Shown: positions 8,862 to 19,959, counted from the first letter of the stretch. The stretch is 64,000 nt of DNA from an uncultured candidate division Zixibacteria bacterium (GCA_963664195.1 OY760907.1:1856001-1920000), one strand, 5' to 3'. Notes: generated by a model from the sequence alone, not told the origin. Numbers and translations: made by a program.

Positions 8862-10190
8862 TCACCCCACCCGCATCGGCTGCTTTTTCATGTACGTCAG
8901 CGTCCGCCAGAGCCATTCAACGGGGCCAAACCGGAATCGGTTCAACCACCAGGGACTCAACAACAACTGTACGATCCAAATGCTCACCACAATTCCCTGC
9001 AACGGGAAGCGCTCAAGATACCCGAAAAGCCCGAATCCGAAGCCGTAGAAGATCGTCGTGCAGATAATACTCTGCATCAGGTAGTTCGTGAGCGCCATTC
9101 GGCCAACCGAAGCCAGACGTTTCGTCAGCCACGAAAGCAATCCGTGTTTGCAGATCAGCATAATCAGGCAGGCGTGGCCGATAGCAACCAACACGCTGCC
9201 GACATAATCAAACTGGTTGCCCAGCAAGAACCCCTGGATGATGTCGAAGTCGTGCGCGATTCTGTACTCCGTGCCGTAGATCGACAAGGGCAATCCGATT
9301 GCGTAACAGATTGCTCCCAGCGTTATATAGAACCGGGTCGACCTCAAGGCCGAGAACACCTCCAGTTTCATTAGCCCCATGCCTATCAACATCAATCCGA
9401 GCACGCGCCAGAGGACCATGAAAGGCAGCGCCTGCGCCTGCATCATCAGCGTTATCTCGGCCCGGGCCTTCAGATTATCAAGATATCCGCCGCGGAAAGC
9501 CTCGTACTCCTCGTTCATCTTTTCTTCGCTCGGGTGAGCCATCGTCTGAACTTCATCCCAGGCAATGAGCATCTCCTCCTGCTGCTGGGTGAGCGTCTTG
9601 CCTTCGTCCTGCGCCTTCTGAGCGCCGTTGGCCGCGCCTTCGAGAAACACGAAAGTGCCGCCCGCCCCGACCATGAGCAACGCACCTACAAGCAGGGACA
9701 AAGACCCAACAATGATCAAAGTCCGGGCTTTCTTGCGACGGAACAGGAATATGAGCAGTCCTACTATACCGTAAGAGAACAGGATATCTCCGTGCCAGAT
9801 CAGGTACGAGTGCACCAACGCGATAGCAATCAGCCACATCATGCGTCGATAGTAAAAGCCGCCAACTTTGCGGCCCGCCGCCTCGAATCGCTGGAACATG
9901 AGGATCAGGCCTGCACCGAACAGCATCGAAAAGATCGCCATCATTTTCTGGCAGAAGATCGCTGAGGTGAACCGGTATATCAGCAGGTTCATGCCGTCGA
10001 ATCCGCCCGCCAATGTCGGATTGTGATAGGTCGAGTTGAGCAGGCCAAAGAAATCGATATTGATCACAAGTATGCCCAGGAGGGCCACACCCCTGAGGAC
10101 ATCGACTGCGGCAATACGTTCCCCGGCAGATACGGGGGCGGTGTCAACAGCGGGTGTGTCGGCTACGGCGGTTTCGCTTGGATCTGACAT
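8862..10190 (-). CDS. DUF418/YeiB-family membrane protein
   Basis: RIAAVDVLRGVALLGIL, FSMLFGAG, GRMALTNYLMQS, GPVEWLWRTLTY. Confidence 0.92.
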   Translation of the reverse strand: MSDPSETAVADTPAVDTAPVSAGERIAAVDVLRGVALLGILVINIDFFGLLNSTYHNPTLAGGFDGMNLLIYRFTSAIFCQKMMAIFSMLFGAGLILMFQRFEAAGRKVGGFYYRRMMWLIAIALVHSYLIWHGDILFSYGIVGLLIFLFRRKKARTLIIVGSLSLLVGALLMVGAGGTFVFLEGAANGAQKAQDEGKTLTQQQEEMLIAWDEVQTMAHPSEEKMNEEYEAFRGGYLDNLKARAEITLMMQAQALPFMVLWRVLGLMLIGMGLMKLEVFSALRSTRFYITLGAICYAIGLPLSIYGTEYRIAHDFDIIQGFLLGNQFDYVGSVLVAIGHACLIMLICKHGLLSWLTKRLASVGRMALTNYLMQSIICTTIFYGFGFGLFGYLERFPLQGIVVSIWIVQLLLSPWWLNRFRFGPVEWLWRTLTYMKKQPMRVG

Positions 10191-10382
10191 TTGGTCGTCC
10201 TCTCAAGACAGGATTCGGCTCGCATCAGGCGCGAGGAGAGTCGTTTCCCTATGGTAGTGCGCAACTCGTTCAGTTACAAGCAGAAATGCCCCCACTACAG
10301 TCGCGTTGGGATAGATATTGACTTTTACAGGGGGCGCCGTTTATTACTCCCACTAACGAACTTAATGCAATGAGATTACTAT

Positions 10383-11492
10383 ATGACAGACTCTAACGCC
10401 TCTCCGAAAAAGACTCCCTTCTACCAGTACCATGTTGATGCCGGAGCCAAGATCGTAGATTTTGCCGGATACCTGATGCCGGTGCAGTACGAGGGTATCA
10501 CCGCCGAGCATCTCGCAGTACGTGAAAACCTCGGAATATTCGACCTCTCCCACATGGGCGAGTTTGTCGTCACCGGCAACGATGCCCTCGCGTTTTTGCA
10601 GAAAACGACCACGAATAACGTCGCAAAGCTGGGAATCGGCGACATTCAGTACAGTTGTATGCCGTATCCCGAAGGCGGCATTGTTGACGATCTCCTGGTC
10701 TATCGGACGGGTGAACAGGAGTATTTCCTGGTCGTAAACGCGTCCAACCTGCATAAAGATCTTGATTGGCTCAGCTCTCATCTGGAAGGTGACGTCAAGC
10801 TGGACAACCAATCGGACGACTTTGGTCTGATCGCGATTCAGGGGCCGAACGCCCAGAAGATGATGGCCGAGCTGACTGATATCGATCTGGAAGCTATCCG
10901 TTTTTACACTTGTGTCACCGCGAAAGTGGCCGGAGTTGAAGTTCTGTTCTCCCGGACCGGTTACACCGGCGAAGACGGTTTCGAGATATACATACCGCCT
11001 GTTCATTGCGATCAGCTCTGGATGGCCGTCAAATCAGCCGGCGACAAGCACGGGGCCAAACTGATCGGCCTTGGTGCCCGCGATACCCTTCGCCTTGAGA
11101 TGAAGATGGCCCTGTACGGCAACGACATCGACCAGACCACAACCCCGGTAGAAGCCGGCTTGAGCTGGATTGTCGATTTCGACAAAGATTTCATCGGCAA
11201 GGAAGTTATAGCCAAACAGAAGGCTGAAAAACCGACTCGTCGGTTGGTTTGTTTGGAGTTGCAGGAGAAATCGTTCCCTCGTCACGGTTACGATATTGTC
11301 GACGGTGAGGAAAAGATTGGCTACGTAACCTCGGGTACAGTGTCGCCGTCGTTGCAGAAACCGATTGCGATGGGTTATGTGCCACGTCAGAAATCAAAAT
11401 CGGGTTCGACCGTTGAGATTGCCATACGTAATAAGAAAGTACCGGCCGTGGTAGTGAAACCGCCGTTCTACAAGAACGCCTCGCATAAGTGA
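10383..11492 (+). CDS. gcvT: Glycine cleavage system aminomethyltransferase T
   Basis: FDLSHMGE, SRTGYTGEDGFE, GLGARDTLRLE. Confidence 0.97.
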   Translation: MTDSNASPKKTPFYQYHVDAGAKIVDFAGYLMPVQYEGITAEHLAVRENLGIFDLSHMGEFVVTGNDALAFLQKTTTNNVAKLGIGDIQYSCMPYPEGGIVDDLLVYRTGEQEYFLVVNASNLHKDLDWLSSHLEGDVKLDNQSDDFGLIAIQGPNAQKMMAELTDIDLEAIRFYTCVTAKVAGVEVLFSRTGYTGEDGFEIYIPPVHCDQLWMAVKSAGDKHGAKLIGLGARDTLRLEMKMALYGNDIDQTTTPVEAGLSWIVDFDKDFIGKEVIAKQKAEKPTRRLVCLELQEKSFPRHGYDIVDGEEKIGYVTSGTVSPSLQKPIAMGYVPRQKSKSGSTVEIAIRNKKVPAVVVKPPFYKNASHK

Positions 11493-11502
11493 GCACTCAC
11501 GA

Positions 11503-12252
11503 ATGAACGTACAGCTATTTCTCACGCCCGCCCCGATGGGCAACGTCACTTATGAAAGTAAGACCGTGGTAGTGATCGACGTCCTTCGGTCTTCTACGTC
11601 CATAAGTGCGATCCTCAGTGCCGGGGCGCGGGGAGTGATTCCTACCGCCGAACCGGGCGAGGCCGGGGATATGTGGGCCAAGGTTGGGTCGGAGAACGCG
11701 GTCTTGGCCGGGGAGAGGAACGGAGTGAAGATCGAGAATTTCCAGTTTGGCAATTCGCCGCGTGAGTTTACTCCGGCAAGTGTCGGTGGCAAGCTGGTTA
11801 TCATCTGCACTACCAACGGTACCGCGCCGTTCGGGGCTGCCCTTCGGGCGAAAACGATCTTCTCAGGAGCTTTCACCAATATCTCCAGCGTGGCGGAGGC
11901 GGTGGCACGTCAGAATCGTGACCTGATTGTAATCTGCTCCGGTCATGAGGGTGGTTTTTCGACCGAGGATACACTCTGCGGCGGTATGCTGCTCGACCTT
12001 TTGAAGAAGAAGCATGATTGTACACTGGAGCTTAACGATGCCGCCGCGCTGTCGTTGCTGTTCTTTGACACGCACAAAGCATCTGTTCGGGAGACTGTCG
12101 CGCAGGGTGAGCACGGAAGGTTTTTGACCTCGATTGGTTTTGGTGATGATGTTGTCATGGCGACGGAAGTGGATTCGATGCCGGTTGTTGCGATCCTGCA
12201 GGATGGCCGGTTGGTCCTTGCCGAGGGGCAAGTTGGTGACCGTGCTGAATAG
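11503..12252 (+). CDS. comB: 2-phosphosulfolactate phosphatase family
   Basis: VVIDVLRSST, GERNG, GNSP, TTNGT, EDTLCGG. Confidence 0.92.
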   Translation: MNVQLFLTPAPMGNVTYESKTVVVIDVLRSSTSISAILSAGARGVIPTAEPGEAGDMWAKVGSENAVLAGERNGVKIENFQFGNSPREFTPASVGGKLVIICTTNGTAPFGAALRAKTIFSGAFTNISSVAEAVARQNRDLIVICSGHEGGFSTEDTLCGGMLLDLLKKKHDCTLELNDAAALSLLFFDTHKASVRETVAQGEHGRFLTSIGFGDDVVMATEVDSMPVVAILQDGRLVLAEGQVGDRAE

Positions 12253-12289
12253 AGCAAAACGTATCACGTCTTATCTGGTATAATAGCAT

Positions 12290-14200
12290 ATGTCCAAACT
12301 CTTGATTCTGTGTCTGTGTCTGTGTCTGTGTCTTGTGGCCGGTTTGGCCAATACTGTGTCGGCTGCCAATGGAGTGCGCTGCGAGTTGTCCGTTTCCCAG
12401 AAGGATGCTGCCGGGCAGAACGTTCTGCTCGTGAGGGACACGGCGGACCTCGTCGAAAACGTAAGTGCCCTCGGTTGTCTGGCAGCGGTCTCGTTTGATT
12501 TGAAGGTGACGCGTGTAGATACGTCGGGGATCATGTTTCTTGCCCATGTCAACGTGCATGCGCCCCAGCCCCACCAGTTTTCTCAGCGATATAGTGTCGA
12601 GTACGGTCTGCCGGCCCGGATTTCCGGATTGAAAGGGAAAGCGGACGCGGAGTACACGCTGACGATTCTCCCTCTTGAGCGCGTTGACATTGACACGGCC
12701 GGTTGCGGCTGGCGACACAACAGCCCCGAAGATTTCAAGTTCGACCCGACTGCCTATACCGACTTGTATTATGTCCCCCAGACCGTCGGTGATTACTACT
12801 GGAGTACCGCGAAGGGGGTCATTGACGAGGAGTACAAACTGCTCAGGTCAAAGGTCAGCTTCACCATGCCCGGCAAGTACAATGTCTACCTGTGTCCCTG
12901 CCAGATTCATTCTGTAATCTGGGATGATCGTTTTGGCATGATGATTGATCCAACTCGCCGGGTGGCATTTGCAGTTTACTCCGCCAATTATAACTCGGTC
13001 TACCCGTTCCTTGTCAATTATGCGGCGGTATTGCACAACTACGGTTATTCGCCGGCGTTTCTTTCCGAGGGGTTGGCCGGGTATTACTCGTTTGCCGCCT
13101 ATGAAATGAAGAAGATAGTGACTGATGGGCGCCTGGTGCCGCTTGATGAACTCCTGGATACTCACGCCTACTTCCGGGCTGATCCTGTTGTGGCTGATCG
13201 CATCGCCGCGACTTTTGTCGGTTACCTGATCGACAAGTACGAACTCGGAACCTTTAAGGAACTCTACCGCAAGGCAGACGATCTCAACCTTCGCGAGTCA
13301 ATCCAAAGCGTGTATGGAAAGTCCGTCGCCGACCTGGAGCAAGAATGGCTGGACTACGTGGATACGGTGTCGCTGGCGTACGCCGATGCGTCCCGTCAAG
13401 GGGCGATTGCGGTGGCGATGTGGGACTATAATGCGAGTGCCGAGTATTCACGCGAATCGTTGCGCCTCGCCGAATCACATGTCGATTCGCTCAGGGCGCT
13501 AATGCGCCTGACTCAGGATCAGTTCTTCCGAGGAGATTATTACGCTGCAGTTGAGTGCCAGCAGCAGTTGCTTGCGATGGACTCTACCGATGCTCGGCAC
13601 TGGATGACACTGGCCTCGTATCACCTCATGGTTGGTGAGAACGACAAAGCCCAGGCCGAGTTGGCCCGTGGAAGGGAGTTGGATTCAACTAACCAGTTCA
13701 TCCGATTCGGACAGGCCTTTGCCACTTATTGCAGCGGTGATTTGGAAGATGCCGAACGTATGTTCGAAGAAGTATGTGCGGAGACATCGCAGTCCGCGGG
13801 GTATGTCGAGGCACGGTGTCTGCTCGGTTTTTTGATGCTCCATAAGGGACTTGGGCAGACGGACGAAAAAGTGCTCACGCTTTTCACTGAGGTGGTGCAG
13901 CGACTTCAGGCGAAAATGCAGAGCAGCGAACCGTCACCGTATATTGCAATTTGGCTCGGGGTAGGATACGTGGGCCTCGGCGATCCGCTGGTGGCGGAGG
14001 ATTATTTCAGACTCGCATCCGTATTGGAGACCCGTCCTTTCTACCAGGCAATGCTGAGTCTCTGGCGAGGCAAGGCTGCTGACTTGAACGGAGATCGCGC
14101 TGAGGCAGTTGATTTTTACAATAGGGTGCTGGCGTTGCCGTCGGCGTCGTATCACCAGCAGGAAGCGCGGCGATTACTGGAGTCGCCCTACAAACACTAG
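12290..14200 (+). CDS. Secreted protein with peptidase-MA-like middle region and C-terminal TPR repeats
   Basis: Signal peptide; FLSEGLAGY motif with no preceding HExxH; TPR-like helices. Confidence 0.65.
   Translation: MSKLLILCLCLCLCLVAGLANTVSAANGVRCELSVSQKDAAGQNVLLVRDTADLVENVSALGCLAAVSFDLKVTRVDTSGIMFLAHVNVHAPQPHQFSQRYSVEYGLPARISGLKGKADAEYTLTILPLERVDIDTAGCGWRHNSPEDFKFDPTAYTDLYYVPQTVGDYYWSTAKGVIDEEYKLLRSKVSFTMPGKYNVYLCPCQIHSVIWDDRFGMMIDPTRRVAFAVYSANYNSVYPFLVNYAAVLHNYGYSPAFLSEGLAGYYSFAAYEMKKIVTDGRLVPLDELLDTHAYFRADPVVADRIAATFVGYLIDKYELGTFKELYRKADDLNLRESIQSVYGKSVADLEQEWLDYVDTVSLAYADASRQGAIAVAMWDYNASAEYSRESLRLAESHVDSLRALMRLTQDQFFRGDYYAAVECQQQLLAMDSTDARHWMTLASYHLMVGENDKAQAELARGRELDSTNQFIRFGQAFATYCSGDLEDAERMFEEVCAETSQSAGYVEARCLLGFLMLHKGLGQTDEKVLTLFTEVVQRLQAKMQSSEPSPYIAIWLGVGYVGLGDPLVAEDYFRLASVLETRPFYQAMLSLWRGKAADLNGDRAEAVDFYNRVLALPSASYHQQEARRLLESPYKH
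12308..12331 (+). repeat. (CTGTGT)x4 microsatellite in signal peptide
   Basis: Encodes LCLCLCLC. Confidence 0.85.
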
Positions 14201-14203
14201 CAG

Positions 14204-16267
14204 ATGTTCAGTTTTCTCAATTCCACTGTCCTGTTTGCGGCAGCAGCGGCCCTGATTCCGCTGATCATACACCTGTTTTCTCGCCGCCGGGTAAAGGTAA
14301 TTGAGTTCTCGTCTCTGCGTCACCTCAAAGAGATGCAGAAACGGCAGTTGCGCCGCCTCAAGATTCGACAACTCCTGTTGCTGGCGCTTCGGATGCTCAT
14401 CATTCTTGCGGTCGTTCTGGCGTTTGCCCGTCCGACCTCCCGCAACGGTGCCGTCGGGTCCCACGCGGCAGTATCGGCGGTCATCCTTCTGGACAATTCG
14501 GCTTCAATGAGCCGGTACGTTGCCGACGGTGATCTGTTCGAGATAGCTCGCAAACGGACAAGCGAATTGCTTGGAACATTCTCCCAGTCCGACGAGGTCT
14601 GCCTGCTGCCGTTGGATCGCGCTTCTCGACATGGCACCGAGGGATTCGTTTCCGCCGCGGTCGCTCAGGAGGAGTTGGCGCGGCTCGGTGCCGGTGCCTC
14701 GCGGGCCGATCTACAGGACGGACTAGTTACGGCGGTTGAATTGCTCAGTGATGCCGTCAATATGAATCGCGAAGTGTATCTTGTCACCGACCGTCAGCGC
14801 AATTCACTGCCGGAAACTGCTGCTCTCGCCGGCACGGGCATGAATCTGTACCTGGTGGACGTTCCGATCGAGGAGATTGAGAACGCCGGTGTTATATCGC
14901 TTGATTTCGGCGGGCAGTTGATTCAGCCCGGACACGACTTTGATCTCGTGGCAACGATCCGCAACTATGGCACTCAACCAACTGACCGACGAATCGCCTC
15001 GCTTTTTCTCGACGGGAAACGAGTCGCACAGCACGAGTTTATGGCCGAAGGTGACAGTGAGACAGCCGTGCGTTTTACGCGGTCGATTTCCGGTACGGGA
15101 TTTCACTCCGGGTACGTTGAGATATCAGATGACAAGTTCCCGGGCGATAACCGGTACTTCTTCAGTCTCCGGATTCCGGATCGATTCAATCTGTTGCTGA
15201 TCAACGGTGACCCCTCGGCGAAGTTCATCTCCCTGGCGCTTGTGCCACCCACGTCCGGTGGGCAGTACTGGTCGGTCAAGGAGGCGGTCCCGGGCGAGCT
15301 GTCCGGAATCGACTTTAATCAGTACGACGTCGTCGTGCTTGTTGGCGCACCCACGCTGGCAGAGGCATATGTTACGCGTCTGCAATCCTTCGTCAAACGG
15401 GGGAAATCGCTGCTCATTACGTACGGCGGCCGTACGGATATTGACTGGTTCAACGAGATCTGGTCAGGCGCCGCCGGTGTTACTTTCGATACTCCCGTCA
15501 AAGCGAGTTTTAGTCGGGCCGGGTACTACACATTTCTTTCGGCAGATATGGATCATCCGATCTTTTCCGTGTTTGGGTTCGAGGACGGGAAGCCGCCGGA
15601 GGCCAAGTTCTATACTTTGCCCACCATGCACCTGAGAGGTGGAGCACGTTCTCTGGCTATGTTTACCGGCGATCGTCCGGCCCTGGTCGAGGCAGAATAC
15701 GGCAACGGCAAACTGATGACTTTCACCGGTCCGATTTCGCCGGAGTACTCAGATCTGGTCAGCCACGGATTTTTCGTGCCATTCGTGTCGCGAATGGCGG
15801 AGTACCTGGCGCTGGATCTCTCGAACTTCGATATTCGTATGCGCACCGGTGAGACCGCCACTCGTGCCCTGTTGGTCGAGGGAGCGGTTGATCACGCGGT
15901 TGATCTCATCCGACCTGACAGCACCACAGTGAGTCTCCCGCCGGAAGAAGAGAAGGGTGCGCTCGTGGTCAGGACAGGTCCGCTTGGGATGTCAGGCGTG
16001 TACCGGATCAATTACAACGGACGCGAAATCGACAGGTTCGCGGTGAATATCGATCGGATCGAGTGTGATCTGGCCACAACTGATATTGACCAGTTCGCGG
16101 TGGCGCTTGGCGCAAACGAGTATCGCCGCTTGAAATCGGATGATCAATTGGGTGAAGTGATTTCCGGGTTCCGGATTGGCCGTGAACTCTGGCAAGTGTT
16201 TCTGTGGATTGCGGTGGCGCTCCTGGCTGTCGAAATGTTGCTTGCTCGAAGGTCGGCGGAGGAATAG
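14204..16267 (+). CDS. BatA N-terminal / vWA domain membrane protein
   Basis: IPLIIHL...FSSLRHL...LLLALRML...LAFARP; MIDAS DNSASM; C-terminal TM. Confidence 0.9.
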   Translation: MFSFLNSTVLFAAAAALIPLIIHLFSRRRVKVIEFSSLRHLKEMQKRQLRRLKIRQLLLLALRMLIILAVVLAFARPTSRNGAVGSHAAVSAVILLDNSASMSRYVADGDLFEIARKRTSELLGTFSQSDEVCLLPLDRASRHGTEGFVSAAVAQEELARLGAGASRADLQDGLVTAVELLSDAVNMNREVYLVTDRQRNSLPETAALAGTGMNLYLVDVPIEEIENAGVISLDFGGQLIQPGHDFDLVATIRNYGTQPTDRRIASLFLDGKRVAQHEFMAEGDSETAVRFTRSISGTGFHSGYVEISDDKFPGDNRYFFSLRIPDRFNLLLINGDPSAKFISLALVPPTSGGQYWSVKEAVPGELSGIDFNQYDVVVLVGAPTLAEAYVTRLQSFVKRGKSLLITYGGRTDIDWFNEIWSGAAGVTFDTPVKASFSRAGYYTFLSADMDHPIFSVFGFEDGKPPEAKFYTLPTMHLRGGARSLAMFTGDRPALVEAEYGNGKLMTFTGPISPEYSDLVSHGFFVPFVSRMAEYLALDLSNFDIRMRTGETATRALLVEGAVDHAVDLIRPDSTTVSLPPEEEKGALVVRTGPLGMSGVYRINYNGREIDRFAVNIDRIECDLATTDIDQFAVALGANEYRRLKSDDQLGEVISGFRIGRELWQVFLWIAVALLAVEMLLARRSAEE

Positions 16268-16270
16268 CGA

Positions 16271-18154
16271 ATGACCCTGCTGTCGGCTGACAAGATATCC
16301 AAGAAATACAAAGATCAGGTTATTGTCGAACGAGTGTCCTTCACGCTGCAGACTTCGGAGCGCGTCGCCCTGGTGGGCAAGAACGGCATCGGTAAGACAA
16401 CGCTGCTGGAGATGCTGGCGGGGAAAACCTCGCCGGACTCGGGCACGATTACCCGCTCCAAGGCGTGCGTCATCGATTATATCGAACAGGAAAAGACTGA
16501 GTATCTGGAAATGTCCCTGTTCGACTTTGTCGCCGATGCTCGTTCTGATCTGCTGGATATGCGGCGACGGATTCAGGAAATCGAGCATCATCTCGAAAAC
16601 GACCCCAATGCCGGCCAGCACCTTGAGCGATTGGGAACGCTTCAGCAGGACTTTGAGCGCGAGGGGGGATTCAATCTCGAAAACGAGGTGTCGCTGATTC
16701 TCTCCGGCCTCGGATTCTCACGGGATCGGTACGATGATCGTTTGAGCAATTTCTCCGGTGGTGAAAAGAACCGTGCCGGACTTGCTCGATTGTTGGCTGG
16801 ACGCGGCAACATGCTGTTACTCGACGAACCGACCAACCATCTGGATATCGAGTCCACTAAATGGCTTGAAGAGTACCTCGCCAAACTTGACAAGGCCTGC
16901 ATTATTGTCTCTCACGACCGCGCGTTTCTCTCCGCTGTTGCCGGCAAAATATGGGAATTGGCTTACGGTGATCTGGAAACGTACCACGGCGGCTTCGACA
17001 AGTATCTTGAGGAACGCCTGCACCGTCGTGTGCTGGCCGAGCACCATTATAAGCATCAGCAGGAAGAGATCAAACGAATCGAGGATTTCATCCAGCGCAA
17101 TATGGCCGGTCAGAAAACCAAGCAGGCCCAATCAAAACTGAAATATCTCAATCGCATAAAACGTCTGCCGCCTCCGAAGACCGATGGCAGGGGGCCGGCC
17201 ATGAAACTGGAGTCGTCCGGCCGCTCGTTTGCCCATGTGCTTTCGCTTGAGGATGTCGCCCTGGGGTATGGCAGTGCCATGGTACTCCATGACGTCAATC
17301 TCGACTTGTACCGTGGAGACAAGATCGGGCTGATCGGGCGGAACGGATCCGGCAAATCGACTTTGCTCAAGGCGCTGATCGGTGAGATTGAACCTGCAGG
17401 CGGGAATATCAAACTTGGCAACAATGTCGATGTGGCGTATTTCGATCAGGAGCTTTCCGACTTGAATGCGAACCTGACTATTCTGGATAATCTCTGGGAG
17501 ATCGATCCTTCGGCAGAGCCGGGGCCGCTACGATCGTTTCTTGGACGGTTCGGATTTACCGGCGAAGATGTCCTCAAGAAAGTTGTGACCCTTTCGGGTG
17601 GCGAGAAGACAAAGCTCTGTCTCGCGAAACTGCTGTACCATCCGGCGAATCTCGTGATTCTCGATGAGCCTACCAACCACCTTGACATTTATGCTCGTGA
17701 GGCTTTGGAAAAAGCGCTGCGGGAGTACGACGGCTCGTACTTGATAGTCAGCCACGACCGGTATTTCCTTGATCAAGTGGCGGACAAAATCGTTTATCTG
17801 GACCACAATCGGGCGCGTGTTTTTGAGGGCAACTACTCGTACGCACAGGAGAAACTTCAGGCCGAACAGCCGGTAGCCGAGAAAAAAAACGACAAGCAAA
17901 AACAGGATTTCCTTGAATTCAAAGAACAGTCGAAACGTCGCTCTCGACTGAAAAAAAACATCGAATCCACTCGCGTCGACATCGCGCGATTGGAGAAAGA
18001 GTTGACCGAGCTGATCGACCACATTAACCATTCCGTTCCCGCCGATGACTGGGAGCAGTTGCAGGCCCTGACCAACAAGAAGGATTCCATTGAGGACGAA
18101 ATCTTTCAGATGTACGAAAGGCTTGAAGAGTTGGAGGCAATCAAGCTTGACTAA
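16271..18154 (+). CDS. ABC-F family ATPase (Uup/YheS-like)
   Basis: Two Walker A motifs (GKNGIGKT, GRNGSGKS), two LDEPTNHLD, no TM, C-terminal coiled coil. Confidence 0.95.
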   Translation: MTLLSADKISKKYKDQVIVERVSFTLQTSERVALVGKNGIGKTTLLEMLAGKTSPDSGTITRSKACVIDYIEQEKTEYLEMSLFDFVADARSDLLDMRRRIQEIEHHLENDPNAGQHLERLGTLQQDFEREGGFNLENEVSLILSGLGFSRDRYDDRLSNFSGGEKNRAGLARLLAGRGNMLLLDEPTNHLDIESTKWLEEYLAKLDKACIIVSHDRAFLSAVAGKIWELAYGDLETYHGGFDKYLEERLHRRVLAEHHYKHQQEEIKRIEDFIQRNMAGQKTKQAQSKLKYLNRIKRLPPPKTDGRGPAMKLESSGRSFAHVLSLEDVALGYGSAMVLHDVNLDLYRGDKIGLIGRNGSGKSTLLKALIGEIEPAGGNIKLGNNVDVAYFDQELSDLNANLTILDNLWEIDPSAEPGPLRSFLGRFGFTGEDVLKKVVTLSGGEKTKLCLAKLLYHPANLVILDEPTNHLDIYAREALEKALREYDGSYLIVSHDRYFLDQVADKIVYLDHNRARVFEGNYSYAQEKLQAEQPVAEKKNDKQKQDFLEFKEQSKRRSRLKKNIESTRVDIARLEKELTELIDHINHSVPADDWEQLQALTNKKDSIEDEIFQMYERLEELEAIKLD

Positions 18155-18767
18155 GTTGCTGTCAATCTGCGGTTCGCCCACTGAAAACTCCTCTACTGAG
18201 ATTCTTCTCCGTACAGTCGCCGATTCGATCAGTCAAGAACTTGGAAAGACCAACGTCCGACACGACCTGATTCGGCTGAATGATCTGGACTTCATTCCCT
18301 GCCAGGCCTGCGGTGAGGCACCCACTCCGAAGTTTTGCTTTTTCGACGACGACCTTGCAACCGTGTACCGCAAGCTTGCCGGGGCAGACAGTGTGCTTTT
18401 TGGCTCACCGATTTTCTTTGATACCGTGTCGGCGCAGGCGAAAACGCTTATCGACAGGTGCAACTGCGTCAGGCCGCCAGCTTACGATAACGTCAACCCC
18501 GACCACGATTTCATCAAGCTGCTGACCCGCAAGCGTCCCGGTGCAATTATACTCGTCGGAGGGGAACAGGCCTGGTTTGAGGGAGCACGGCGCTGTATTG
18601 CGGGGTTTTTCAAATGGGTAGAGATAGTCAACGAGGGTGTGCTGTCTTTTGGCTCGTCCGATTTTACCAGGATCGGCCAGGTGGCTCAGTGCGCGGATAC
18701 AATGGAAGAGGCCCGCAAGCTGGGCGTTCACCTCGCCAAACGATTGAAGACGACTTATGCACGATGA
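18147..18767 (+). CDS. Flavodoxin-fold iron-sulfur flavoprotein-like protein
   Basis: ICGSPTENSST, PCQAC...C, GSPIFFDTVSAQAKTLIDR; TTG start at 18147 after GGAGG. Confidence 0.85.
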   Translation: MTKLLSICGSPTENSSTEILLRTVADSISQELGKTNVRHDLIRLNDLDFIPCQACGEAPTPKFCFFDDDLATVYRKLAGADSVLFGSPIFFDTVSAQAKTLIDRCNCVRPPAYDNVNPDHDFIKLLTRKRPGAIILVGGEQAWFEGARRCIAGFFKWVEIVNEGVLSFGSSDFTRIGQVAQCADTMEEARKLGVHLAKRLKTTYAR

Positions 18768-19416
18768 AAACATGGAGCAGTACTACCGGGAACGTGCCCC
18801 GGAGTACGAGCAGATTTACTACCGGGATAATCCGGAGCGACGGCAGGAAATCGACGATCAAGCCGGACAGCTCCGAGAGTTGGTGACCGGCAAGAAGGTG
18901 CTGGAACTCGCGTGCGGAACCGGTTACTGGACCCGTGTGATGAGCGAGACGGCCAAGTCCATTCTGGCATCGGACCTCTCCGCCGAAATGCTCAAAGAAG
19001 CCCAGGCAAAGAAGTACCACTGTCCGGTATCGATGATCGCTGCTGATATGTTCGCGTACGAGTTTGACGAGAGTGCCTTCGATGTTGTCGTGCTCGGGTT
19101 TTGGTTTTCGCATCAGCCCAGGCAGGATTACCAGAGACTGTTCGATGTTTTGTGTAGGCCCCTGAGGGGCACAGGCTGTATCTGGATGATCGACAACAAC
19201 CCGCCTGCCGAGGGACCGGTGATGCATTCGGTGGGGGAGGATGCCCACGGCAACAATTTCAAGAAACGGTATCTCGATGACGGCACAGAGTATGTCATCC
19301 TCAAGAATTACTTTGAACGGTCCGAGTTGGAGTCCGCTTTCGGCGACCGTTTTCGAGTCGAGTCGCTTGTGCACAAGACGTACTACTGGTCGGCGGTGCT
19401 GACGCCTGCGGGTTGA
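18757..19416 (+). CDS. Class I SAM-dependent methyltransferase
   Basis: VLELACGTGYWT, DLSAEML. Confidence 0.9.
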   Translation: MHDENMEQYYRERAPEYEQIYYRDNPERRQEIDDQAGQLRELVTGKKVLELACGTGYWTRVMSETAKSILASDLSAEMLKEAQAKKYHCPVSMIAADMFAYEFDESAFDVVVLGFWFSHQPRQDYQRLFDVLCRPLRGTGCIWMIDNNPPAEGPVMHSVGEDAHGNNFKKRYLDDGTEYVILKNYFERSELESAFGDRFRVESLVHKTYYWSAVLTPAG

Positions 19417-19623
19417 GAAGCGTCGGTTGATCCGGCTCCGGAGTGGCGATTTGCGGCCTAAGTTGTTATGGTGCAACGCTGTAAATATCTAGCGATAATG
19501 TCATTCCGGGTCTTGCCTTTTTGACGCCATTGTGTATATTAACAGGCTACGGGTTTGTTGGCTTCTGGCCCGAACCCTGTTCTATAGAATAGGATAGTGA
19601 CGAAACGATAGAGGTAGAGTAAA

Positions 19624-19833
19624 GTGAAACCAGGAATTCATCCGAAATATCACGAGATCACGGTGACCTGTGCCTGCGGAGCGAAGTTCCCGACACGTTC
19701 GACCCGCAAAGAGATCGCGGTAGAAATCTGCTCCAACTGTCATCCGTATTTCACCGGCAAGCAGAAGCTTATTGATACGGCCGGTCGCGTTGAGCGATTC
19801 CTCAAGAAATACGGTATGGACCAGAAGAAATAG
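19624..19833 (+). CDS. rpmE: 50S ribosomal protein L31 (Zn-binding type)
   Basis: [29 protein letters not shown]. Confidence 0.97.
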   Translation: MKPGIHPKYHEITVTCACGAKFPTRSTRKEIAVEICSNCHPYFTGKQKLIDTAGRVERFLKKYGMDQKK

Positions 19834-19959
19834 TCTGGACGGTTTTCCAAGCTTAAATCGCGGGCCGGTGCACTTTTCGGGCACAGCTCGCGATTTTGCG
19901 CGTTATATGATAACAATGCGCGAGACGTTTTTTCCAGAAACACCGATAAGGGGATTCTC

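Noticed and set aside
17882..17958. Two A8 runs in the ABC-F gene as phase-variation or frameshift sites
   Set aside because: Frame is intact and they encode Lys-rich coiled coil
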